Source of the DNA: the human T2T-CHM13v2.0 reference genome, Homo sapiens
Strand: one strand, 5' to 3'
Length of the DNA: 64,000 nt
Assembly (NCBI RefSeq): GCF_009914755.1
Contig: NC_060926.1
Shown here piece after piece: positions 1 through 12,671 of the stretch. Under the pieces are notes generated by a model that worked only from the letters and a program-made list of their open reading frames with translations, was not told where the DNA came from and did no database searches. A program made the translations under genes and the position numbers. Numbering within the stretch: position 1 is the stretch's first letter; the number at the start of each line of letters is the position of its first letter.

Positions 1-1147
1 GGTGGCACCTGATAAAGGTTTTTCCTGACAAAAGACAATTCCCAGTGTAAGACGAATTCTGGTACCAGATATTAAGCTAATGTGTACTAATTCATCTATG
101 CACTGTTTATCTGATGTTGTTGCTCAAGGTCTGGGTGAGTTACACAATGAAACAATTAGAGGACAGCTTAAAAATGAAAACAGTAAGGCCAAATTAGTGA
201 AGCAGAAAGATCTCCTTTATAACAAGAGTAGCTACATTGACTTCAAATGCTTCAACCCAGGAATGGATTTAAACAAACACGTACGACACATTAAAGATTG
301 GTGCCACAAATGTGCTGTTTCATAAACAGTGGCAGTTACTTCAACATCTCAACCTACTCGGTATGTTCAAATAAAATGAAAGGACTTAGAGCAAATGATT
401 GCTTCTGCTTATTTTTATTTCATTGTTTGGCTGTTTGCATTACTATACACTCAATATTTTTCTCATGGATTATCAAAAGAAATCAGAAACAGCTGCTGCT
501 GGCTGCAAGATTATTTGTTTGAAGTACCATGTCACTCCTCTTAAAACACACACACACACTAACACTAGCACTGAACCACGGTCAAGTAGGCAGTGATGAA
601 AAATATTCAATCAGAAATAATGTGCATCCCTCCCTCCCTCTGACTCCAAGATAAATATATCAAGTCTGTAAAGAGCAAAGAACTGACCATTGTTTTCATC
701 CCCTTCTTTTCTATCTCCTTAAAAATCATGGATACTTTTGTTTTAGTTTGAGATTTTTGTTGAATCTGCAAGTGCATCAAGTCTACTTCCAGATTAAATC
801 CCCATTATCATTTTTTAGTGTTTTCATCTGCTTTTGTGGGTTAGCACTATCTTGCTAGCAGTTACTTAATGAGGTACATGGTAATATATTTGGTACAGAC
901 TACTTTGCCTACGTAACTACTCAGGTGTAACTGTTTTCCTCGTCTAATAAGAACTTCTACTCTTCAGATCCAGGCATTTCAGATCAATGTTGTCTTCTGT
1001 TTTCCAGAAAGCTAACATATAATTCAAGGAATCTCTGTTATTTATTTATTATAATACTCTTATCATTTGGAGGTGTATTTGGAAAACTACATCTCTTTCC
1101 CTTTGGTACAGCTTGGTTTAGATTACAGAAGTATGTGGGAGCATGAG

Positions 1148-2000
1148 AAAAACAACCCCATTAGAAAGTGGGCAAAGGGCATGAACAGACATTTCTCAAA
1201 AGAAGACATACATGTGGCCAACAAGCATAGGAATAAAGCTCAATATCACTGATCATTAGAGAAATGCAAATCAAAACCACAATGAGATACCATCTCTCAC
1301 CAGTCGGAATAGCTCTTATTAAGAAGTCAAAAAATAACAGATGCTGGAAAGGTAGTGGAGAAAATGGAACACTTATACACAGTTGGTGGGAGTGTAAATT
1401 GGTTCAACCATTGTGGAAAACAGTATGGTGATTCCTCAAAGAGATAGAAGCAGAACTGCCATTCAACCTAGCAATCCCATTACTTGATATGTGCCCAGAG
1501 GAATATAAATTGTTCTACCATAAAGACACATGCATGTGAATGTTCACTGCAGCACTATTCATGATAGCAAAGATATGGAATCCACCTAAATGCCCATCAA
1601 TGACAGATTGGATTAAAAAATGTGGCACATATACACCATGGAATATTATGCACCCATAAAAGAGAACGAGATCATATCTTTTGCTGGAACATGAATGGAG
1701 CTGGAGGCTATTATCCTTAGCAAACTAACACAAGAACACAAAACCAAAACTGCATGTTCTCACTTATAAGTGGGAGCTAAATGATAAGAACTCATGGACA
1801 CAAAAAAGGAAACAACAGACACTCAGATCTACTTGAGAGGGGAGGGTGGAGGAGGGGGAGCAGCAGAAAAGATACTATTGGGTACTAGGCTTAACACCTG
1901 AGTGATGAAATAATCTGTATAACAAACCCCCAGGACATATGTTGACCTATGTAACACACCTTTATATGCACCCTCAAACCTAAAATAAAAGTTAAAAAAA
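1148..2000 (+). mobile_element. 5'-truncated LINE-1 3' end (end of ORF2 + 3'UTR), L1PA13-16-like
   Basis: Typical L1 sequence AACAACCCCATT..AAGTGGGCAAAGG..GAAATGCAAATCAAAACCACAATGAGATACCATCTC, G-rich 3'UTR tract, ends AACCTAAAATAAAAGTTAAAAAAA. Confidence 0.95.
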
Positions 2001-2068
2001 GGAATTTACTATAGTTAAATTATATAGCATGTTTCACACAACCTTCATCTTCATCTCCTTGCTTCTAA

Positions 2069-2377
2069 TTTTTTTTTTTTTTTTTTGAGACGGAGTCTTG
2101 CTCTGTCGCCCAGGCTGGAGTGCAGTGGTGCAATCTCAGCTCACTGCAAGCTCCACCCCTGGGTTCATGCCATTCTTCTGCCTCAGCCTCCCAAGTAGCT
2201 GGGACTACAGGCACATGCAGCCATGCCCGACTAATTTTTTTTTTTTTTTTGTATTTTCAGTAGAGACGGGGGTTTCACCGTGTTAGCCAGGATGGTGTCG
2301 ATCTCCTGACCTCATGATCTGCCTGCCTTGGCCTCCCAAAGTGCTGGGATTACAGGCGTGAGCCACTGCACCCAGCC
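2069..2377 (-). mobile_element. Alu SINE (AluY-like)
   Basis: Poly-T then GAGACGGAGTCTTGCTCTGTCGCCCAGGCTGG..CACTGCAAGCTCC..GTTAGCCAGGATGG..GAGCCACTGCACCCAGCC; degenerate TSD tgcttctaat/tacttctgat. Confidence 0.97.
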
Positions 2378-2689
2378 TACTTCTGATATAATTTTGTGAG
2401 GAGTTGGGGAGGCATTATTTTCACATTTGACAAATGAGAAGTGTGAATTGACAAACGCTGAAGTGGGTGGGGAGAGCCTGGAGAATTGGGTGGCCTCAAT
2501 CCTCACCTGGGCCTTTCCCCATGAATCATGAACCGCTGCCTTCAGTTCTCACATCAACTGCCTAGGGAAATATGACTATGTTCATTCCGCCTCTATGAGA
2601 AACTGTTCAGGAGGCACAAGGCAAGTGACTCCCTTCACAAGTGAGGGACTCTTCAATAAGAAAAGATATATATGATAAAAGTCACATCT

Positions 2690-3340
2690 CATTTAAGTAT
2701 TCATGGATGCTTTGCATGTTCAAGGAGGTTTTCCAGGCACTGGGAATGGAGTAAAGAGTAAACAGGTGCAATTTCAGGCCTGAAAGAAATCAGAAGCTTG
2801 TAGGAAAATAGGCAATGAATTCAAAATTATACCAATAATCACATAATGAAAAGTATTTGGGGATTCTTTCAAAGACAGGCACAGATTTTATGAGGCCCAG
2901 ATTTTACGAGTAAGTATCTGAAATCAAATCTACGTCACCAGGGGAAAACTCCTTGAAGATATGATATTTAATTTGAAACCTGAAGGCCAGCAAGTTGGAA
3001 TAGGGCATTTTAGACAGCACATGTAAAAGCTCTGCAAGAAAGAAAGTGGCACTTTGAAAATGCTGGAGGAAGATCAGTATGTTGACAGCATGGTCAACAG
3101 GGGTGTAGGTCATGCCTACCTTCAGAGCTAGTCCCAGGCCAGTTCATAGAGCCTTGTGGGTTTGCTAAAAATTTTGGATATTTCCAAAGTGAAATGGGAA
3201 GGTACTAAACAGTTTTATGTAGAGGATTAATATGCTCTAACTTCTCATAGTAAACAGTCACTTTAGCTGCTCATTATAGAGAAGGATAAAAGTTGAAAGA
3301 AGAATTAGGGAGCTCAAACTAGAAATGTAATAGATAACTG
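2690..3340 (-). mobile_element. LINE-2 relic
   Basis: Degenerate antisense L2 3' region (..CCAGGCACTGGGAAT.., ..GGCATTTTAGACAG..GTAAAAGCTCTG..); boundaries approximate. Confidence 0.6.
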
Positions 3341-3342
3341 GT

Positions 3343-3698
3343 TGATATGGTTTGGGTCTGTGTCCCCATCCAAATCTCACCTTGAATTGTAATAATCCCC
3401 AGGTGTCAAGGGCTGGACCAGGTGGAGATAATTGAACCATGGGGGTGGTTCCCCCATACTGCTCTCGTGATAGTGAGTGAGTTCTCACGAGATCTGATGG
3501 TTTTGTAAGGGGCTTTCCCGTTTGCTGGGCACTCATTCTCTCTCCTGCCACCCTGTGAAGAGGTGTCTTCTGCTATGATTATAAGTTTCTTGAGACCTCC
3601 CCAGCCATGTGGAACTGAGACAATTAGACAACTTTTTTCTTTATAAATCACCCAGTCTTGGGCAGTTATTTATAGCAGCGTGAGAAGAGACCAACATA
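3343..3698 (+). mobile_element. THE1-family MaLR solo LTR
   Basis: TGATATGGTTTGG..CCAAATCTCACCTTGAATTGT..CTCACGAGATCTGATGGTTTT..TTTATAAATCACCCAGTC; perfect 5-bp TSD CTGGT at 3338-3342 and 3699-3703. Confidence 0.95.
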
Positions 3699-4790
3699 CT
3701 GGTAGATTCTTTCTTCTTTTTCCTGGATGACTTAATCTTATTTTGCTAACTTTCATAATCTGAGATCTCAGATACCTTGCCACATAAATAGCTATTTTAT
3801 TCTTTATCTGAAGTTGATTTCTTATTAATGTTATTACTCTAGAAAGTGTAAGCACCTTCCTTATATATGTGATTTATGCAGAGACATTTTGGTTATTAGA
3901 GATGATATTAGGAAAATATCCATTTTCCAGGATTTTTGGTTAACAAATGCAATGTAGGACTCACATTTTTGTAGGGTTCACAATTACCTCCACCACATTT
4001 CTCAAGAGACTCTCTGGTAACTTTCATTCCAGATCAGTGACAAAGATGACAGAAATTTTTGCTATTGTAGCTCATTTACACACAAGATGAAACAAGCGGG
4101 ACAGATGTTCCTAAAAAGAATGAAGTGCAATTTAAGAAAATAACTCTCTTTGAACTTTGAAAATGACATGGAGGAAATTTGGATTCTGATTTCAAGAGGT
4201 AGAATTTGTGAAGAGTAATGATTTTACAACATCCCACCCCACTCCCTTCTTCCTGGTTGAACTGATGGATGCTCCAACCTACAGCATTTGTACTGATTCT
4301 ACATTGATCTTTTTCTGCATTGGGCCTGACTTAAGGGAATCTGACAGCACTGGGCCAAAAAACCAGTAACATTTATTAGGCCCTTGGTTACTGAACAAGC
4401 ACAGAGACAAAGAAAAACTTAACTGAAGATTGTGTTTATACATTTGACACGTGTCAGGTAAGATATTTGGTTCACATGCAATAAAAATGAAATGTAGATT
4501 TCTCTGGAACTCGTGACTTACAGGACTTACTCAAATGGGCATTAAAAAGGTGCAACATGACTGCTTTTCTCTATAAAGGAAGGATATTTAAATTGAGACA
4601 GTGGAGAAATGCACATTATACAGGTACATCTTCCGTCTAGAAAAGAATTCTTGCCTTTTTTCTTTTATTGGCACAGACAGAGAAGAGAAGAGAAGTGGTG
4701 TGTCCATTTGTTTGCTTTCCAAATGTTTAAATGTCACTCAAGAGAAAGTTTTTCCCATATTTCTATGAGACTCGTCTTATCACCAGAATT

Positions 4791-5095
4791 CAAGTCTACA
4801 ATCTCTTATACACAATTCCAAAATTGAAAATTCTGAAACTGTAAATGTTTTTGCAATTTTGGCTCCAAAGCTCTTTGAGTGGCAAAATCTGCCTTAATCT
4901 GATGTGAGGCTATTTATAGACTTTATTCTACTAAGAATATTTATTTCACTGTATAAATTTTAATATATTTATTGTGTGGTGCACCCTCAGGCCTGTATAT
5001 GCAGAATATTTAGAATATACACTGTATTTCCTTTCTAACATCTAAAATATTTTGAATTTTCATCTAAGAGTTTTGGATAAAGGAATGTGAACCTA
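4791..5095 (-). mobile_element. MER46C-like Tigger non-autonomous DNA transposon (copy 1)
   Basis: Degenerate TIRs CAAGTCTACAATCTCTTATAC / GGATAAAGGAATGTGAACCT; internal GGCAAAATCTGCC..TGAGGCTATTTATAG..CCTTTCTAA. Confidence 0.75.
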
Positions 5096-5387
5096 TGCCA
5101 CAGAGAAAAGAAAATTCAGTTCATTGAGCCTGATTACCTCCAAGCTCCTATCACTGTGGGCAAGGGTTGAAAGACTTGTCATATTGGGAAATGAAGTCCT
5201 TGTCCAAATGACCCGATGAATCACTTCCTTCCTTTTTGGCCAGTCTGGTCTGTTCATGGGTCACCGAAGACAAGAGTCAAAGAATCACTGTGTTTTAGAA
5301 CAGACGTGCTGATGTAAATTTTAGATTCTAAAATATGCTCTGTTGACTAAGCTGCATTGCCTGGTAACAAAGACAATCACAATGAGG

Positions 5388-5750
5388 ATTCATTCATTCC
5401 ATAAATATTTACTGAGCACCTATTATGAAATGTCAAACATGTTGTAACAGAAAAAGAACCTAGATACAACTCAGGAGCCCTGGGTTCAAATTGGTTTAGC
5501 CATCTAACTCCTGTATAAAGTTTGGCAAGTCATTTAACTTCTCTTTCTCTCTAGATATTTATGATAATTAAATTTAATAATATACTCAAAAGATTTGTAC
5601 ATTTTATTGAGCTTCTGTGCTAAATGCCTTATATGTACCATATAAAGAATTATTATGTGCAGAGAATAAGATTGGTGGGCATACTAGGATGGGTAAAACA
5701 CCCACTCTCAAAGAGCAAACTGATAGAGGAGTAACATATGCACCTACAGA
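5388..5750. mobile_element. L2 3' end (minus) interrupted by a MIR (plus, ~5445-5545)
   Basis: ATTCATTCATTCCATAAATATTTACTGAGCACCTATTATG (L2 tail); CCTGGGTTCAAAT..TTTGGCAAGTCATTTAACTTCTCT (MIR core). Confidence 0.65.
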
Positions 5751-6272
5751 ACTATGCCAGGCTTTTATTTTTTTTTTTAATCACTGATAGGCAGCACCAA
5801 AATAATTTTGGAAGATAAGCTGCTCTAAGTCCTTGCAAGAAAAATATGGACGGGGGAAGGGAGAAAGAAGCATCTGAAAGGAATTTCATCTAAAACAGCT
5901 GCCTTGCTAAGTCCCTGTTTCAAATTGCCTGTTAGCTGATCTGACTTAAGACTTTTTTTTGTAATCAAGAAACAAAATCTGTGGGGTTTGCTAGTTCAAT
6001 TCATTTGCACATTTCTCACAGCTACATATGGCAGGACTGGAATGATCAAATTTCCTTCAGCTTTATCATAAATCACAGAGATTCCAATGTGTCCTTCACA
6101 GCTTTAAGTTTTCAAAACCATCACGACTAATGAAATATTTATTCTGAGACCTACAGCCACTTGCATGGAGTCACGTTCCTTAGAGGAGAGACTTTGACAA
6201 AAAGCCCATCAAAAAAGCAGCTGGGGGCCCCCGACCCTGGCCGCACTACCATTCTCCACTTTTGGCCTTTGC

Positions 6273-6291
6273 ATCTGCCACCTTCAGGTTA
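6273..6291 (-). promoter_or_regulatory. Candidate CTCF motif
   Basis: Minus strand TAACCTGAAGGTGGCAGAT fits core CCASYAGRKGGCRS at 12/14 positions, in repeat-free sequence. Confidence 0.35.
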
Positions 6292-6724
6292 CCAAATGGC
6301 ATCTCTCATAAACTGTAAGCACAGGCATTTTGCTCAACCCGACAGCTTTCAGTTGGAAACTAATCAAACTTTAAGGATTCGACTTAAGAGCAGGAAAAGG
6401 CTTTCTCAAGGTTTTATTACTTTGTAAAATGTATTAGGTTACAAATCAAGTTAATTTTAAAAGAGAACCTAGTTATTTTTTACTAGATGGTTTAAAAGTT
6501 TTCACTGTTATATAAAGCCAAACAACCAAAATCAGATAAATTTCCCTACAAATTGGCTGTTGGCCAAGTGTTTGCAGAAAAACTAGGATGAACCCATTTG
6601 CTGCAACAGCAACAATGACGCAAATGATGAAGAGGCTGGGCTGACACAGAAATGTAGTCCTTCCTCGTTGAGATTGTTGACCGAACATAGAAAAGCATTT
6701 ACAAACAACCTAGGGAGATTTCTA

Positions 6725-7158
6725 CCATGCTCCTTTGCAATGTTTCTTTGCTATTCTTCCCATCAAGAAGTGAAATCCATTTCTCCTTCTCTTATCTGAT
6801 CTGTCTATATGGCCAGCTTTCACCAACAGAATGGGACAAGAGTGGCAGTGCCAGTTCTGGCCAGGTTTTAAGGGTTCTTACAACTTTTGCTTTTGCTCTC
6901 TTGCAACACCGACTGAGACTGCCATGTAAAGGGAGCTGGCCCAGCCCCCCTGAGGACAAGAGCCCATTGCAAAGAGAGCCTATGTGCCCCAGCCAGCAAG
7001 ACGAGTGAAGCCATCTTGTTCCTTCTGGCCAGGATAACATTCTAGCTAAATGCAACCATACAGGTAAGCCCAGGTGAAACCAGCAGAAAAGTCAGCCAAT
7101 CACCTCACAACATTATGAGAAATAAATTATTGTGGTTTATGCTTCTATGTTTTAGGGA
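6725..7158 (+). mobile_element. MLT1 (G/H-like) MaLR LTR
   Basis: CCCATCAAGAAGTG..CCAACAGAATG..TGCCAGTTCTGG..GCCATGTAAAG..CCAGCAGAAAAG..ATGAGAAATAAATTATTGTGGTTT. Confidence 0.75.
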
Positions 7159-7371
7159 CACCTGCATTCTGGTTTTGACCTTGCCACGAATTAGTTGTTG
7201 ACAAGGTATTTGATTCTATGTACTTTATCTCACATCTCAAAGGTGGAAACGTGAACTACATAAAAACTAATGTCCCTTCTTGTTTCTGTGTTATGGAAAC
7301 TTGCCCCAAATCTGCAAACTTCAATCCATCCTTGATAGCAGAAAGCTGTAAAGGTTCACTAAGAATAACCA

Positions 7372-7714
<343 letters not shown>

Positions 7715-9613
7715 TTAGATAATGGTGGCTCCTGTTGTGGTGGGATAACAAGCATCTCAAAAAACATGCTGGCAAACACATAAAGTAATTGTTACATGCA
7801 TCATTGAAATGTAAATTAGAAATTCGTGCTTTTGGGAAAAGTAAAGGGCTTGGGTAGATAAAGTATAGAAGAAATAGATTCTGTTTGAACAAGAATTGTT
7901 CTGCTTTGTTTTCTATCATTGTGGTTGAAGAGCATTTTGCAAATGAGTGTGGGTAGTTGGCTGTTACCATGGGTCAGGTGCATACAGTACGCACAAGTCA
8001 ACTGTCAGGAGCCAAAATGAGTCCATCTGCTCCCTTTAAAAATCTTATCCAGTTATTCATTCCTGCTTTTTTATGCACCAACAACATTATCTCTTGCATA
8101 TACTCTGCATAATTGGTGATTTCTGATTGCCTGCTGAAATTCTATCTTGATGCTGGTCGTAATCATTGCCTGATGGGAACATTTCATTCTTCAGCATGTG
8201 TAGTCATAATTATTTTAGATTCCTATGTAAAGTTAATCCACCCTGAAGGGGAATCCCTGGATGTCACCACAGAGGTAACATCTAACATTTCTGCTATTTT
8301 ACTTTGTCTGATCTTTGTTGAATAAGTAATCATCTTCTGTTTACAAAACTAGCCTAGTAAAATTGAAAGTATTATGTGAAGCATAATGTGTGTCTTTGGC
8401 AGATAAATACACCTAGTTATTGATATGTGCTGAATATCGTTATTAAAAAAATAGAGTTACACTGAATGAATGAAATATGCACTGGGTAATGTATTTCATT
8501 CTTTCTTAAATTGCCTAGAAAGGCTAAGTTAAACAAGGAAGTATTAGCAGTTGCCTTCCTTGGTACTTTCCTCAGATTTTTCTTACCTGCCGTGACTGTT
8601 ACCAAGTAATGCTGAATGGAAAATCTGTGACACTTTCTATAATAAGACAATTTTGACACCAACATAACATATAAACTCAAAGATATTTCTAGTCTCAAAT
8701 ACCTGCTGCTATGGCAACTTCCAAAGAACTCACTTTTCAAAATATTTGGATATACTGAGAGCATGTTAAAAATTTATTGACTTTTCCAAAACTCTCTGAT
8801 TTGAATTAAGACCTATTTTTATCTACCTGTTAAAAATTATTTCTGTTCATTATAATTTTTGTCAACTAGTTTTAGAGGTTAAACCCTAGGAGATAAGAAA
8901 CCAAATAGATCAGGATTTCAAGAAGTAAAACATGAAATGATTGAAAATTACAGGTATATTGATGTATGTATGATGTTTGTATGTATTCTGATGCAATTAA
9001 GGCCAGCGTTGTTTGGTGTTCTCTGTTGGAAGTCATGCCCAATGGATGTAAACTGTAGGATACTATATTACGGTTTTTGGGTTTTTTTTTTTTTTTTTGA
9101 AGATTAAATATTGATCCTGTGGCTTTCTCTCAGCAAATATAGGCCAGTTTTGGGAAGTAACAACAGGTGTAGAAATTACAAGGGAATACTCTGTTCACAT
9201 CTGCACATCATCACGTTTGAATGGTGTTGGGCAGTATTAATTGCTGGAACGAACGGTCTGTTTTTGCTGCAGTGGGAGTCATCTCTCTCATCTCTTTGAA
9301 AGAAGATGTGTATGTTTAGGAAAGAAAGCAGACTGTAGGATGTTGTCATTGCCCCAGTACAGCTGTATGTACAGCTAACATTCACAAGATATCAAGACCA
9401 GGAAAAAAATATTCCAGAAAACTAAATTTTCTCCATAACTTTCTAAAGAAAAGCACTTTATGAAAACATTCTGCTTAGTGGCTGAAGCTTGCTGTACATA
9501 ATTGTGTTAATCGATGAAAGAAGTTAACTATAGGAAACTTTCTCCATCTCAGGAAGACTTAATAAGCTTCTATGCTATTTTCAATTCTGTTTCATATGTA
9601 TATATATATATAC

Positions 9614-9910
9614 TTTTTTTTTTTTTTTTTGAAACAGAGTCTTGCTCTGTCACCCAGGTTGGAGTGACATGATCTCAGTGGCATGATCTCAGTTCACTAC
9701 AACCTCCACCTCTCGGTTTCAAGTGATTCTCCTGCCTCAGCCTGGGGTTACAGGCGCCTGCCACCACGCCCAGCTAATTTTGGTATTTTTAGTAGAGATG
9801 GAGTTTCACTGTGTTGGCCAGGCTGGTTTTGAACTCCTGACCTCAAGTAATCTGCCCACCTCGGCCTCCAAAATTGCTGGGATTACAGGCGTGAGCCACC
9901 ATGCCCAGCC
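9614..9910 (-). mobile_element. Alu SINE (AluSx-like)
   Basis: Poly-T, ..GGCCAGGCTGG..GAACTCCTGACCTCAAGT..GAGCCACCATGCCCAGCC; internal 14-bp duplication and small deletion; (TA)n next to tail. Confidence 0.96.
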
Positions 9911-10419
9911 AATGTTTCTTTAATCTTTTTAAAACCCAATAATAAACCCAGATCAGATATTATATTTTGCCCTGATATTAAAAAAATAAAAGTTTACTTG
10001 AATTATGTATAAAGTCATTATAAAAGACATGGACTTTAATAAGAATCTCTTTATAGACAGAATTTCATTGATTTTTCTTCCAGAGTTCAGACAACTTTAT
10101 TTATTATCTGAATTGTTACTGTCTTAGAGTTACAGTTGAACTTAGCTAAAATAGAACTGAAAAACTCTTTAGAATGTTCTGATTCTCACTTTGTTGAATA
10201 AAACTTGGTCTTCAAGGAAAGCCTGGCCTCTCAGGACATTTATATTTCCATTATACTAATTGGAGGTCAGTATAAACCTGACAACAAAATGAAAAGTGCA
10301 AAATCCACAAGTGAGCTCAAACTCACAGGGCAGATTCTGGGCTCAGCTACCCCATTCTTCATTCTATATATCTGGCTAAAACTCTTAGAGCCAGAGCTTT
10401 GTGAAACAAATAAATTGAA

Positions 10420-10620
10420 AGTCTGAAGTGACCTACAACATCATCTATTCCAATCCTTTCATTTTAGAGATGAGTTGAGGCTGAGATGGTAAAGAACTTG
10501 CCTAAGATCACATGTCTAGTTTGAATGCGTGCTAGTACTAGAATCCCAATCTCTAGGGCCTGCTTTTCTCATTTACCAAATGAGGTTGGATTGGATATAC
10601 TCAAAGGTCCAGCTTTATTC
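10420..10620. mobile_element. MIR/MIR3 fragments
   Basis: TCATTTTAGAGATGAG..GAGGCTGAGA..ACTTGCCTAAGATCACA (MIR core, minus) followed by a plus-strand MIR3-like tail. Confidence 0.6.
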
Positions 10621-11079
10621 TTGTATATTGTCTCCAAATACAGTAAGTACTGGAAGAGACCAAGGAGCTGAATATCTATGGTACCTCTGCTCCATCTCAA
10701 GGGACATTTCTATCCAAGGAGAGGTGGGAAGAAAGAGAAAATTCAAAGTGCACATTTTGTCCTGGAAACTCCTTTTGTAACCCACTACTGATGTAGTCAG
10801 TGCTAGCGGGCTCATCCTGAATATTCATGAGATTAACTCATTAAAATATAACCCTAGCTTCTTAGGAAGAAAAGCCAAAAAAGCCCTCATTAAAATTGCA
10901 TTTCTATTCATGCAAATGTCTGGTTTTGCTTCAAAAACCGGCCAGTCCATGCTGGGTGTAAAGTTTGCATCGTGGTTGCATGATGGATCATGGATGAGTG
11001 AACAAAATTCAGCTCTCAAATGTTTTTGACCAGAGTTGAAAGTTAGAATGTATCGGGTAATATGGTACAAACATTCCCC

Positions 11080-11750
11080 CCCAACCCCATGTCCATTCCA
11101 CCCTTTTTAGTAATAGAATCTCTAATTTTTAAATAGGCATTCAGCCTCTCAGAATATAGGCTTTAATTTCCTATCTTCCTTTCAGTTAGTTACAGCCATA
11201 TGACTAACATGACTAAGCTTCTCAGGATATCTCAACATTGCCACTATTGACATTTTGGGATGAATAATTCTTAGTTGTGCAGGGGCTGTTCTGTGCCTTG
11301 TGAAAATTTTAGCACCGTCCCTGGCCTCTTCCCATCAGATGCCGGTAGTCTCCACTGCCTCCCACCCCCCATCCCAGTTGTGACAACCAAAAATGTCTGG
11401 AGACATGGTCAAATATCAGCTAAGGGACAAAATGTACCCCAGTTGAGGACCACTGAGTTAAAGGAATGTAAGTGAAAGCATCCTATTCCATTTCTAAGGA
11501 GTATCTTTAAATGGGATGTTCTGTGTGACTTCATCTTTCCTGCTGTGATGGCTGGAGCTTGAGCAGCTATTTAGGACAAACATGAGGCAGTGCATTATTA
11601 AAGACAGAAGTGGAACACGATATAAGAAGAGAGGTTCCCTATGATCGGTGGAGCCACCCTATAGCCATAGGTCTGCACACCTCTAGACATTTTACATAAG
11701 AGCAACATAAACTTCTTTCTCCTTTATTTCCTTGTTATGTTGCGTTCTCT
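11080..11750 (+). mobile_element. MLT1J-like MaLR LTR split by MER20
   Basis: TAGTAATAGAATC..CAGTTAG..GCCATATGACTAA | GATGGCTGGAGC..GCAGCTATT..GGAGCCACC..CCTCTAGAC..ATAAACTTCT. Confidence 0.7.
11223..11455 (-). mobile_element. MER20 (hAT-Charlie)
   Basis: CAGG..CTCAAC..CACTATTGACATTTTGGG..CCCTGGCCTC..CCAGTTGTGACAACCAAAAATGTCT..GTTGAGGACCACTG. Confidence 0.92.
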
Positions 11751-11945
11751 AATAAGGAAACGGTTTTCTCCACCTTATTTTCAACCCCTTTCTGGTTTTC
11801 TAGAACACAGTTATGTAAAGAGGGAAATATTTATAATCACAATTCAGAAGCAATTGACTGGTCATTAAAGAATCTAAATTTAAAGATCCCTCCTTCCTCA
11901 CATAAATTTTTTGATAAGCCAAATTCAAGGTATACAAACATAGAT

Positions 11946-12125
11946 CAGTGGCTTACAAACTTAGCTATACATTAGAATCATCTGGAGAGCTTTTAAAAAA
12001 TCCTCATGTCCAAGCTGCACCCCAGACAACTTCCAGCAGAATTTCTGGGAGTGGGACTCAGGCATCAGTGCTGTTTGCAGTGCTGTTTGGGTAATTCCTG
12101 TATGTGCAGCCACATTTGAGCACTG
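11946..12125. mobile_element. MER5B-like (hAT-Charlie MITE)
   Basis: CAGTGG..ACATTAGAATCATCTGGAGAGCTTTTAAAAAAT..CACCCCAGAC..CAGGCATCAGT..ATGTGCAGCCA..CACTG. Confidence 0.85.
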
Positions 12126-12413
12126 CTTGTGTAGAGTATTTTTCTTCAAGTTCTGCTTGCAGTTAATTAACCTTGGCTGCTTTTATTTGCCTTGTAAAGG
12201 TAAGGCATATGTTACATCATGCACTGGAAATATTCTACAAAATATTATGTTTTTGCTTCTGGAGATACTCACATATTAGGTGCAAATGGTTAGAGTGGGC
12301 CAGATGTAATTTTGTACGTCAGCAAAATCTGCCTGCGGAAATATTTTGATATCTCATGTTGCTGAAAATAATTGAGCTCATTAAATGGTAAGTTCCATCC
12401 CCACTGTTCTCTC

Positions 12414-12414
<1 letters not shown>

Positions 12415-12446
<32 letters not shown>
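12415..12446. repeat. (AC)n microsatellite
   Basis: About 16 uninterrupted AC units. Confidence 0.98.
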
Positions 12447-12448
<2 letters not shown>

Positions 12449-12625
12449 TAACATAATCAGTAAAGGCCGATGAACTTGGGAGAAAGTAGTTTTGCTCTGA
12501 TGGTTAAAAGTTAATAGAATGAAGCCTTCTATAGGTGGATGTGCGGCTGCTATTGTGCTCAGATGAATTTTGAAACCAAATTAGATTCATTTTAATTTTC
12601 CTCAGAAGAATAAGCAAAACAACTG

Positions 12626-12671
12626 TTAGGTTGGTGCAAAATGAACTGCAGTTTTTGCCATTACTTTAATG
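12626..12671. mobile_element. Half of a MADE1 (Hsmar1-derived MITE)
   Basis: TTAGGTTGGTGCAAAATGAACTGCAGTTTTTGCCATTACTTTAATG matches one MADE1 TIR plus centre; second arm absent. Confidence 0.85.
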
